A stretch of DNA of 63,620 bases, counting the filler, from Octopus bimaculoides (Eukaryota), in NCBI RefSeq assembly GCF_001194135.2. It is 4 parts of 4 records of this genome, joined end to end, with 100 filler letters (N's around TTAATTAATTAA, not from the genome) between each part and the next. Parts side by side here need not be neighbours in the genome. Positions count along the whole stretch, not along the records: positions 32,516 to 61,849 come from NC_068983.1; positions 61,950 to 63,620 come from NW_026323654.1; 2 more parts are not named here. The stretch is one strand, 5' to 3'. A program made the position numbers and the translations under genes. Position 1 is the first letter of the stretch; the number at the start of each line of letters is the position of its first letter. The notes beneath the pieces are model-generated. The model searched no databases, was not told where the DNA came from, and saw only the letters and a list, made by a program, of their open reading frames with translations. Positions 51,757-63,620 of the stretch are shown here, one piece after another.

Positions 51757-53398
51757 GTATGCATGTATATGTATATGAACATACACGCACACACCACACA
51801 TGGGCGATGTATAATATATACAGGTACACACACGCGCACATATACAGAGTGAGAGAGAAGGGGAGAGGGACAGAGAAAGAGAGAAAGAAAAAGCGATAGA
51901 AAAAGAAGGAAACGAAATGAAAAGGAACGAAGGAAGAAGTGGCAAAATAGGAAAGGGACTGGAATATATTGTATTATTTCCTGCCAAGTAAATAAGTAAT
52001 TCTATTATTTATTCAAAGATTTCACAATGTAATCTGGAACTGTTTGATCCTTTAAGAATTTGTATTTTGATAAACGGTTTAGAAATAGAGTATTGTTCTG
52101 CTTACAGGATAGAATGGCTTATCTCCCTCTATGAATATTTCTGAGAAAGTAAATCTGTTTATTAGCTTAAAGTGATATTTGTGTTTGCAGTAGTCATTAT
52201 AAAGAATGGTCAAAATATTTGCTTTGCGTAAACACGTCCTGTCTATTGTAGCTAAATTGAACTCTTCTTACACGTCCGCAGGAGTTATTACGCAGAACTT
52301 AAGTGCCGATCTCGTGTTTAAATGTTGTTTTTGTTCTTATCTAGGTTCGGGTTAGCTCTGATCCAGCAAACGTATAATCAAAGGCATCCTAACTATAACC
52401 GACCCTTGTTTTCATAAGACGTAGTACATCTAGAACGACATAATTCGTGTGTCATTTCATTTTTTTAAAATAGTAGAGTATTATTTGAAGTAGATTTAGT
52501 TGTTATATCTAGCATAACGGCCGCCTACATAGAGCTCTCGCTTTCCTTCGTTTCGTATACATCTGTATAATACTTATGTGAAGTACGAGTAAAAGAGATT
52601 GTCTCCTGCCTCTTCTGAGAGTTCTCTTATGAAATTTGTTAGCATTGACTGAATGAGTAAAACTACCGAGACATTCTAATTCAGTATTCATGAGTCAATA
52701 GCGAGTTTGTCACTGTGGATTTTCGACTCTTTTATTTATAGTGTAATAGAACGACCGTGCGAACCAAAGGAGATGGCGACAAACGGGAGATGCTCCTTTT
52801 AACGTGTCGCACGGTCGACACAAAACAATGTAATAGGACATAAGATGGGCTCGCAATGTGATGATGCGAGCGAGTGCCAGTAAAGGAACAAGAGAGTGAG
52901 TGACAGAGACAACCGTTAGATATATAAAGAGGGTATGTTTATTAGCATAGTGAGCAGTGTGCCTATGTGTGCGTGCATGCGGCAATATAAACAATACAAT
53001 GTGTATGACGGACCGTCGTGTAAAGAATATGTATACAACAATATGTGTGTGTGTGAGAATACAAGTAACACAATACATAAGACAGGCCTTCGTGTACAAT
53101 ATTGTATATACATAAAAGTGTGTGTATGTGTGAGTGAGAAATAGAGAGCATAGAATAAGTGTCTGTAACATAGTCTATAAGAGTCCTAAACACAGAAATA
53201 GAGAAATACCAGTTCATAGAAGAGTTTCACAGTAGATAGAATGTTCGTACGCAAGAAGCTGTGGGCGAAGGGCAGAGCTGTGGTGTCACATGTTGTGTGT
53301 GAAGTTGAGCGTCGATGTTGTAGACCGGTTACTTGGTACAAAAGATTCTATTCTCGCAGGTCGTTCTGGCTGTTAACTACGTAGTGGAAACAATCCAC

Positions 53399-53476
53399 TC
53401 AAACAGTGTTGAGATGAAACCGCGGTTGCTGTTGTTGGATGTACTCTGGTGGTGGTGCTGCTGCTGGCGACGACAT
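53399..53476 (-). CDS. Candidate 25-aa micro-ORF/uORF MSSPAAAPPPEYIQQQQPRFHLNTV
   Basis: First ATG after the candidate promoter, in ACCACAATG context; PPEY motif. No homology known to me. Confidence 0.25.
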   Translation of the reverse strand: MSSPAAAPPPEYIQQQQPRFHLNTV

Positions 53477-53559
53477 TGTGGTAGACAGTAGATCGGTGAC
53501 GGTGTTGACGTTGTCGCTGGAAACTGGCTGGAGCTGTGTGTGGTCAAACGACCAGATCT

Positions 53560-53750
53560 GTGAGAGGACTGAAGTCGAGACAAACTGGCGTGGTTCAAAC
53601 AGGGCTATTTATAGATGAAAAAGGGCTCAACGGAAACGCAGAAAACACTATCTCACGTGACCTTATTAGAAGGCCACGATTGGACAGTATGCACCCTGGC
53701 GCGAAACAGAACTGTTGACAAATGCCGCGCAAATAAGAACCAATCAGGGT
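53560..53750 (-). promoter_or_regulatory. Candidate Pol II promoter facing lower coordinates
   Basis: TATAAATA (53613-53606) lies 27 nt upstream of an Inr-like CCAGTT. Also GTCACGTGA E-box (53653-53661), two CCAAT boxes (about 53679-83 and 53740-44) and TTTCGCGCC E2F-like site (53698-53706). Locally CpG-rich. Confidence 0.5.
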
Positions 53751-55119
53751 GGTGGACACAAGGGTCCAAGCGGCCGAAAGCTAGATGTTGGCCGCTTCGT
53801 TATCATTTGTAAATGAATGCCCGAGAGAGAAGTTTCACTACAATAGTTTTGCATTTCTCATATGGAAAATAGTTTGTTTCCATCTGCATCTCGCTGACAA
53901 TTTTCAAACATTTATGACCAATCTGGAGCCGTCTTTATATTAATTTATATTACTCTTTGAAGCTTACAAAAATTCTTAAGTCCATCAAGTTATAAACAAA
54001 AACCATGTTTTCCTTAAATGTTCTGTTCTTATTTCAAATTATCTCGTCAGGGATGATTGAAGGTGAATAGGATCAACTACTCCGATTTGTTTGCGATACG
54101 CAACACAAGGTTTATATTTGTGAACTTAAAACTCCAAAGCACTCACAATACAGAACATAGAAAAACAAAGTGCTAGTCACACACGTCACACAAAGATACA
54201 TTTATGCTACTTATAGACTATATGCAAAGACAGACATAACACAGGTATATCCTTTTCTACTCTAGGCACAAGGCCCGAAATTTTGGGGTAGGTGACCAGT
54301 CGAGTAGATCGACCCCAGTACGTAACTGATACTTAATTTATTGACCCCAAAAGGGATGAAAGTCGATCTCGATGGAACTCAGAACGTAAACACAGACGAA
54401 ATACTGATAACACAGATATATTAAAAGACACGTTCAACAAACATCATCCAGACACTCATACAATGCACTTACCATACACAGTCACACTCATACAATACAT
54501 ACACTTTATAGATGCACAAGTACAACACACACGATACAAAGGCACGCCCAAACAAAACATATGCGCTAGTTTTCTTATATCATTGGCTATTGTGTTCTCA
54601 CTAATATAGATTGTTTTCGATCTAGTTTGGAATCTTTGCCATCAAAGTTGACGGCAAAGAATCCAAAATAGATCGAAAACATCTATATTATTCCTTAGAC
54701 AAAGGTGGTGAACTGGCAGAATCGTTAGCACGCCGGGCAAAATGCTTAGCATCATTTCGTTCGTTCTGAGTTCAACTTTACTTTTCATCATTTTGGGGTG
54801 AATAAAATAAGTACCAGTTGAGCAATCGGGTTGATGTAATCTACTTCGCTCCTCCCCCGAAATTGCTGGCTTTGTGCCAAAATTTGAAAGCAGTATTATT
54901 CCTCAGACCTTTCTATTTGTTGTTTCTGTTTTAAACTCAGTATAAAACATCTATTCAGGCAAAATGTCTGGCAGTATTTCTTTCGACTCTACGTGCGGAG
55001 TACAAATCTCACCGAGATCAAAATTGCTAGCCATGTGCCAAAATATTCTTTCTACTGTATGCACAGGCCTGAAATTTTGTTGGGTGATGGTGCTAGTCGA
55101 GTACATCGAGCCAGTACCT

Positions 55120-55458
55120 GTGGTTGGTTGTGATGCTCTTATTTTCACTGTATTGCAAGTGTTTTACGTAAAATGTGTGCAGTGCCTAGTAGTGCTATTT
55201 TCTGTATGTTATATATACTTGTTAGTCCTGGTGTTTTTGTTATGTATTTGTCTGAATATTTTTTTATTATACCTAAGGCACCTATTATGATGGGAATTGT
55301 TTCTGTTTTTAGATTCCACATTCGAGTTACCTCTATTTCCAGGTCTTTGTATTTTGAAAGTTTTTCCATTTCTTTTAGAGAAACGTTGTCATCTGCTGGT
55401 ATTGATACATCAATTAGAAAGCATTTTTTTACTTCATGATCTTTGACAACTATATCTG
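55120..55458 (-). mobile_element. R4/Dong-like retrotransposon 3' end (RLE domain and start of 3' UTR)
   Basis: DIVVKD...CFLIDVSIPADDNVSLKEMEKLSKYKDLEIEV.RMW.LKT..IPIIIGALG...IQKIALLGTAHILRK: intact RLE C-terminus. Upstream part is in a gap. Confidence 0.92.
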
Positions 55459-56895
55459 NNNNNNNNNNNNNNNNNNNNNNNNNNNNNNNNNNNNNNNNNN
55501 NNNNNNNNNNNNNNNNNNNNNNNNNNNNNNNNNNNNNNNNNNNNNNNNNNNNNNNNNNNNNNNNNNNNNNNNNNNNNNNNNNNNNNNNNNNNNNNNNNNN
55601 NNNNNNNNNNNNNNNNNNNNNNNNNNNNNNNNNNNNNNNNNNNNNNNNNNNNNNNNNNNNNNNNNNNNNNNNNNNNNNNNNNNNNNNNNNNNNNNNNNNN
55701 NNNNNNNNNNNNNNNNNNNNNNNNNNNNNNNNNNNNNNNNNNNNNNNNNNNNNNNNNNNNNNNNNNNNNNNNNNNNNNNNNNNNNNNNNNNNNNNNNNNN
55801 NNNNNNNNNNNNNNNNNNNNNNNNNNNNNNNNNNNNNNNNNNNNNNNNNNNNNNNNNNNNNNNNNNNNNNNNNNNNNNNNNNNNNNNNNNNNNNNNNNNN
55901 NNNNNNNNNNNNNNNNNNNNNNNNNNNNNNNNNNNNNNNNNNNNNNNNNNNNNNNNNNNNNNNNNNNNNNNNNNNNNNNNNNNNNNNNNNNNNNNNNNNN
56001 NNNNNNNNNNNNNNNNNNNNNNNNNNNNNNNNNNNNNNNNNNNNNNNNNNNNNNNNNNNNNNNNNNNNNNNNNNNNNNNNNNNNNNNNNNNNNNNNNNNN
56101 NNNNNNNNNNNNNNNNNNNNNNNNNNNNNNNNNNNNNNNNNNNNNNNNNNNNNNNNNNNNNNNNNNNNNNNNNNNNNNNNNNNNNNNNNNNNNNNNNNNN
56201 NNNNNNNNNNNNNNNNNNNNNNNNNNNNNNNNNNNNNNNNNNNNNNNNNNNNNNNNNNNNNNNNNNNNNNNNNNNNNNNNNNNNNNNNNNNNNNNNNNNN
56301 NNNNNNNNNNNNNNNNNNNNNNNNNNNNNNNNNNNNNNNNNNNNNNNNNNNNNNNNNNNNNNNNNNNNNNNNNNNNNNNNNNNNNNNNNNNNNNNNNNNN
56401 NNNNNNNNNNNNNNNNNNNNNNNNNNNNNNNNNNNCACCAGGCACGTGCATCACAACCATATGTGCGTGTCATGGTGATCTCATATCAAGATAAACTGTG
56501 CATGACCTCGCAGGTAGGGCCCAGTTAGAATTTTCTTCAGGTCGAGTAGCCCAATCCGCTCAAAAGGTCCCTGAATAAGGTTTGTTTAAGGATGTTGAGC
56601 AAAACACTCATATTTCCAAAGGTGAATTATTCAAACCCCAAAGAATTCCTCTCAGCACATGGCTATGATGCTCCCCCACTACTTCTGCTCATGATCAGAG
56701 ATGCACATATTGTCAGCCACTAAGGGACATGCTCAACTGGTTAAGGTCAAACAACTGACAAGCAAATCTGTGATATTAAGCAGAATATTTGCTGTAGCCC
56801 ATTTTTATACCAAGACAAAACAATTTGCATGATAACACTTCGAATCAATTAAGATCAGAAGCCATGAGAGTCACTGCCTGGCACTGCATCCGGGC

Positions 56896-56957
<62 letters not shown>

Positions 56958-57052
56958 GCGTGGTACTTTGGCGGAAATTAGTGAGCAGTTAATAATTTAA
57001 AATCCGTACGTGTGTTCGAAATGTCTGTAAAGTCCTATGCTGATATTTTTTA

Positions 57053-57264
57053 AGGCGGAGAGCTGACAGAATCGTTAGCATGCCGGGCGAAATGTTTAGC
57101 GGCATTTCGTCCGTCTTTAGATTCTGAATTCAAATTCCGCTGAGCTTGACTTTACCTTTTATCCTTTTGGAGTCGATAAAGTAAATAGCAGTTTGAGCAC
57201 TGGGATTGATGTAATCAATATACCCTCCCCTGAAATAGCTGGCTTTGTGCTAAAGTTTGAAACC
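57053..57264 (+). mobile_element. SINE family B; further copies at 54255-54410 (-) and 54705-54895 (+)
   Basis: GGCGGAGAGCTGACAGAATCGTTAGCATGCCGGGCGAAATG... colinear with 30767. Confidence 0.85.
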
Positions 57265-57329
<65 letters not shown>

Positions 57330-57336
57330 CAGCAGC

Positions 57337-57386
<50 letters not shown>

Positions 57387-57390
57387 CAGC

Positions 57391-57444
<54 letters not shown>

Positions 57445-59876
57445 TTTCTGGACTTATGCCTAACTTTGAAACCATTATTATTGATGTTATTATAGTAGTT
57501 ATTATTATTATGAGGACGCACACCCAAACGGTTAGGGTGCTGCACGCGAAATCGTGGTTTCAATACCTAGACCAAGTGGTGCGTTGTGTTCTTGAGTAAA
57601 ACAGTTCATCTTACGTTGCTCTGTGATCACTTCGACACCTAACGCGTGATACACCGTGCACCTGTTCAGACCACGTCGATTTGATGGAGAGAGTGAGCCA
57701 ATGTACAGCACATACATTTGATCGCTATAAACAAACCATTTGTGCAAGCCGTTCGGCAAAAGCTGAATCCTCATACGTCGTCTTCGACGGGAGAGTTCAT
57801 CATAGTTATTATTATCACTATATCTTATTTAGATATGCTTCTCTTAGATTCCAATCAATAAAGTCTATTTTTATATTTAGAGACTCTCCTTTAACTGTAG
57901 ATAAAGAATGTACGAATGTAAAAGCTATAAAGTTGTTCTGTGTCAACTGTCTTAACGGGCAACGACCCTGGACGGTACATTGTGAGAGTTTTTCTTTTCT
58001 GGTTGATCACCGCTGTGATCATCTTTTCTTTCATTTACACAGTATGTCTTGAATTATATTATTCAGTGTACCTGTTCATTACTAAGACATTAAGATGTGG
58101 GTTCTGGGACATTTTGACTGCTGTTACTTATAGGTCAACAAACCGCATGAATGTTACCTCGTTTGCTCACGTTTTCCATTTCACCAGACAAGCATTACGA
58201 GATGAGTTTGGTAAATGAAAACTGTGACGTTTAAACTAGTCTTAAGTAAGTGAAGTGAAAATGTCTTCGACGAACAATTTAGTATGTCATGCAACATCAG
58301 CATAAAACTTGGGGGTGCTCAGCCTGCGTAAAACGGTAGCCACATCTCTCTGAAATAAAACACTTCCGTCTTCAAGAAAGGGCAGGGAGATCAGGTCCAG
58401 CTGATCACCAACAAAAAGTGCTTTATAGTCTTCGTATTAGTCTCAGGAATTATTTAAATATAAACAATCTAGTTCTAGGGGATGGTCATGACTACAATGT
58501 ATTTGCTTATAGGTCTGTTTGATCAAGTCTGATCTGAGACAACAACAGCTGGCACAAGTAGCATTAATTGTTGTTAAATATGATATCTGGTAGAAATTTT
58601 TACTCGCTTTTATCTTCCAATCCATAATGCATAATATTCTTGTCAGGAGTTTCACGATTTTTCAAGCGAATGGTTAACAAAAATCAATCATTCTCAAAAG
58701 CTTACTGTAAATTCTACAGAAAACGTTAATTCTGCCTATTCAAGAGAATTGAACTGAGCGGGATGAAAATAGATTAGAAAAGATTGTACTAATGTCGTTT
58801 TTAAGCAGATGATGAGGGGATGCCTGAACAATATATATTGTAAATTACTACGATCATTCTTTCCATTCATTATAGGTAACCACCAAAACAATAGATGCCA
58901 TTGATTCCGTTACGATTGTTTCTTTACTTGTTTGTTGATTCGTCTTTACCCAGTCTCAGTATCTCAGAAATAAACTTTATCAATGATTACTGAGTAAGCT
59001 TTAATCTCGGCCGTGGCCAGATTATAAAATGTACTATGTCGGGGCACTTACATACAGCTCAGTAAACGTGTTCCTCTGGTCAGGCGGACCATCTGTAGCT
59101 ACCATCTTCTACATGGCTGTTGATGTGTATACATGCTTGAAGTAGTGCCATCTACGATTCCTGGACGGTGAATGTGTAGGGGTACCATTCGTGAGGCATA
59201 TCTCCTTGACAGAACTACAGTCCAAGGTGAAGCAAAGACCGAAATTGGCTGCCTGGAACCTAGAATGTCATCTGGTACTCGCTGCCCTCTACCAGTATGG
59301 CAATGGGATCGGTGGTTATCCCATTCTAGCAATCTATAGAAAAGACTATTGTTCTATATAAAACTGAATAAGTGTCTTAACCATGGACACAGTACACTTA
59401 CATCTAGCACCCTATAATACTTACCTACGACCGAATGAAGTCCACAGATGACAGAATACGATCTTCCTATCAACTGCATTTCTGTATTATTGTGTCATCC
59501 TGCAAGACTCGCTTTGTTGCTGATATACTATACTCTCTAAAACTTCTGAATAGCCCTATAGTTTATGAGACAAGAGTCAGAGAGAAGATTTAACTAGTTC
59601 TCTCAATTCGGCAACATATATTGATCTCATACTGAAATGGATAAATTATCGACTAGCAGACTTCACGGAAAAATAACAAATGAGAAAAATGCTGTGATCA
59701 ATTACCAGTGATCGTTAATTAAGTACAAAAGCGATTACGTCTAAATATATTTATATATTTATGTCACCAATCTCTACACTTAATATATCTTGTCTATGTC
59801 TGTCTCTCGGCGGGGAGCGGCTATGTATGTTTACATACATACAAACACACACATATTCCATCTTCCGTCTTTCATT

Positions 59877-59920
<44 letters not shown>

Positions 59921-59995
59921 CCAAAAACATATATATACATACATATCTATCTATTTATTTCTCTTTCTCTCTTCCTCTCTCTCTCTCTCTCTCTC

Positions 59996-60046
<51 letters not shown>

Positions 60047-60644
60047 ACACACACGCTGGTAAAAATAAAGGTTTTAAAATGGATAACCAAATTCGATGAA
60101 ATGCTCTGGTCCCATGGTAGAGCACTTGTCATGTGTACAAGAGCTGTGGGGCTTGGTGTCCCACGGACAATCCTCGATTTGTTCGAAGCAAAAGGTAAAA
60201 AGGATATATGTGTACTTATACGTATATACATATACATATACAATCACACACACACACGCACATATACATATATATAATGTGTACATGGACCAATTCAAAA
60301 GTATCTCTCAGTAGTCAAGTAGTCAAAAGGACGATAAAAGGGTGGCCTCATAACACATATAACAAGTAATATAAGTTGTTTACAGCATTTGCTGATGCTT
60401 CGGCCAAGAATACCATACCCATTGTAAAGAACACCGATCAGACGATAGTGTTACAAATAAAAGAAAGAGTGAAAAGTATTAAGATGAATAGAAGTGTTAC
60501 AACGTTGCCCGACTAAAGAAGTATAATATCAAGGGGCTTTCGTGGTATGATACACCTAAACATGCACCCTTTCAAAAACATCTTAAGTTGGCTGGCACCC
60601 TTTTTAATCTGGAGTTCTGCAACTGATGAAGCAAGCTTATTTTA

Positions 60645-60715
<71 letters not shown>

Positions 60716-60782
60716 NNNNNNNNNNNNNNNNNNNNNNNNNNNNNNNNNNNNNNNNNNNNNNNNNNNNNNNNNNNNNNNNNNN

Positions 60783-60816
<34 letters not shown>

Positions 60817-62519
60817 ACACACACTCTCTCTCTCTCTCTCTGTTAAATACTGCTTTGTGTTGTTGTAGTGTCTCTCCTACTATCTCACTCTCTCTTTCTC
60901 CAACGGTATTTATAACGTAGACGCAGTCCATCTTTATATTACTTCCCGTCTTTCTTCCTCCTTTTCCCTCTTTTTCTTAAATGATGTTTCTTATGTTAAC
61001 GGTTTGTTTTCATTTCGTACTTTGTCGATCTGCTCTTATCGCTGGTCGAGCGATAAATTTGTAAATGAAACAGAAGAGTTAAATATACTGCTAAATAACC
61101 AAGAGAGCGAAAATATAACCTCATAGTTATATAATTTCATATAAACTGTCCACAGCAAGTGATGATATTTCGGCATGATAAAAATGCCATATTTCTATAA
61201 AGGAAAAACTAACACTAATAAATACAAATAATGCAAAGAATGGAAGACATTGACAAAATTATTGAAATATTTTAGACTAATCGCTCTTTACAAATATTGG
61301 TCGTATTTAATTTAGTTCAGTTGCGCACGCAGACTCATATAAAACTCTTAACTTACCCTAGAATACATTTTAGCACTAAAACATTGTTTAACGCGTCAAT
61401 AATTCATTAATCGAAAGAACGGTTTACAATGTAATATTTATGCAAATTGGATCGTCCGATTTGGTGAGGCTGCTCATTTTAATGGTTGTGACTATAATGC
61501 AGCCATGAGCAATTACAGACCTGATTCCAGCAAAATTCCCCCACCCACAAAAATAGCATAAAACCTAACCGAACAAGTTCTTCTTCCTTTTTTACTTTTT
61601 CTTTCCTTTCTTCTTTTGCTCGTCACAGAGTAATTGTACAAATCACAGTTCTTAATAGTTCTCTTGCACATCTAAATTAGTTAAATCAATTACACAGAGT
61701 CGACTAAAATTTTAGATTTGCTTACAGGTACATTATAGCCTCAAAATTCAGCTACATGCGACTATAATGTACTCATTTGTGTGCGCGCATGCGTATATGG
61801 GCGTGTATCTGTATGCATGTACATATACATACATATATATATATATATANNNNNNNNNNNNNNNNNNNNNNNNNNNNNNNNNNNNNNNNNNNNTTAATTA
61901 ATTAANNNNNNNNNNNNNNNNNNNNNNNNNNNNNNNNNNNNNNNNNNNNATATATATATATATGCACATATCCACGCACATACGAGCACACATACACACA
62001 CATACACTCACACACACTCACACAAACTTACGCACGCATAGATATATTCCGGGCCAATGCAGGGCCCCTTTAAGAACAAACTGAATAATTATAGATCCTG
62101 ATTTAGCATACAATAGATGCTCAGTGTTACAACTTTAGCTAGCCATATGATGATTAAAAGAGAATGCAACGCGTAAAATATCCAATTCGGCGTTGCTGGA
62201 GCACTTTGAACATTATCTGCAAAGAATTAGACATTTCAGGCAGCGTTGGTCCGATAGGAGTATCAGTTTAACATGTTCACACTATTTTGGTGCTTTCTTG
62301 AACTCAAAGCACAAAATAACTTGAAGCTGCCCTCATGAGCAGAAATTCGTTTTAGCACGTATTCTATGTAAGACTAGTACTTATTCTGTTGATCTCTTTT
62401 GCAGAACCGCTAAGTTGCAGATGACGTAAACACCTCAACACCGGTTGTCAAGCTGTGATGGGGGACAAACACAGACATAAAGACATAGATACATAGACAT
62501 ACAAACATACACACACACG

Positions 62520-62592
<73 letters not shown>

Positions 62593-62924
62593 AAGTAGTT
62601 GTTCCATGTTACTGCTAGTTTAACCCCGGCCAGATCCTCTACCAGGGGGCTGTCAGTGCGAAGCTGCACCCTTTATATACAATATGTATTGCTAGCAGGG
62701 AGAGCAAACACCTACCATCCCGAAACAGACAACAGGATCGAGAAACTGACTCAGTTTCTAGCGGGTTGGCTCATGCTCAGTCGTGAGTACCTGGTCGCCA
62801 GAGCGACAGCCAGGGTCCGCTCCAGCCAACAATATATTGTGAACAATATATTGTATTATTCGGCTGTAATATTCTTTAGTGACACGTGTCTTGTTACAGG
62901 TGCCACCGTAAGATGTTTTCATCC

Positions 62925-63190
62925 ACCCCCAAGGTACCTGTAACAATCCTCGTCGGATACAAAATAAAATTTTAAGTCATTGACGGAGATGTTAGTCAGT
63001 TTTACAGTTTTTCCTCTTTTCGCAACTATATAGCAACATTTATCCTGACCAAACTCCAACCCTATATCCTTTGAGAATGTTGTAACCAGGTCAAGGCTCT
63101 TTTTCATCTCAAGCATATTCCTTGCATGTAATTTCAAATCATCGACACAGAAACAGGGTGTAATTTTGGTATTTCTGTTTCCTTGTGAAC
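62925..63190 (-). mobile_element. R4/Dong-like reverse transcriptase fragment
   Basis: FCVDDLKL.A......L..V..FSKDIGLEFGQDKC...Y.YLG, the YMDDLKL region of R4-clade RT. Confidence 0.85.
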
Positions 63191-63197
63191 CAGTAAG

Positions 63198-63228
<31 letters not shown>

Positions 63229-63620
63229 TGCATGTATGTATGTACGTATGTATGTATGTATGTATAACAGAAAGAGAGGGATACACAGAGACGGAGAACA
63301 AAGTTGTAACGAAATGGCGTAAGGAAGTAAAACGTTGTGGACCGCAAGAAATGGTAAAAAGAAAGTTTTTGAAGACTGCTCACACGGACATCTCGCATCT
63401 ACTTTGTAACTGGAAGATAGATAAGGAGTGAAGTAGGTAGAATCAACAGCTTTAACAGAAGGTTGTTTACTCATATTTTAGGCACGGGGATATCAAAAAT
63501 AGCTGTTGATAAAAGAGAAAAGGTTAAATTTAATGTATTTGAGTGTAATGGTAAGTTCGTGTGTGCACCACCATATGTATTTGTATGTATATGCTATATA
63601 TATACCTACACATACATGTA

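Noticed and set aside
58805-58850. TGATGA-GGGG...CCT-GAAC-AATATATATTG-TA hammerhead-like string
   Set aside because: C3 and A15.1 are missing and there is no stem I pairing.
62615-62675. Possible HDV-like ribozyme (...TGCGAAGCTGCAC)
   Set aside because: No convincing P1/P2/P3 nested pseudoknot could be built.
1-63620. CRISPR arrays, rRNA, bona fide tRNA genes, prokaryotic operons
   Set aside because: None seen; the tRNA-like A/B boxes are SINE heads and the sequence is eukaryotic.

Overview
AT-rich, gap-ridden animal genomic DNA from a draft assembly. The repeat landscape (tRNA-head SINEs with internal microsatellites, R4/Dong-like and RTE LINEs, mariner, Penelope) suggests an octopod cephalopod; this is inferred from pattern recognition, not a database search. 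The only well-supported gene is a three-coding-exon HGH1 (FAM203A) orthologue on the + strand: 19178-19844, 21644-21834 and 30160-30411, 369 aa after splicing. The rest is transposon debris, SINEs, MITEs and microsatellites. Most interesting: (1) five type-I hammerhead-ribozyme-like motifs in Penelope/retrozyme-type repeats, including a head-to-head inverted pair with palindromic stem III and one in a 349-nt tandem unit; (2) a 224-bp fold-back element of head-to-head telomeric repeats with an 8-bp TSD; (3) an orphan CpG-rich promoter-like region at about 53.4-53.75 kb (-) ahead of a 25-aa PPxY micro-ORF; (4) inverted young SINEs in HGH1 intron 2, a possible ADAR substrate; (5) CpG decay in SINE copies inside the HGH1 gene body. 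All ribozyme and fold calls were made by eye and are untested.
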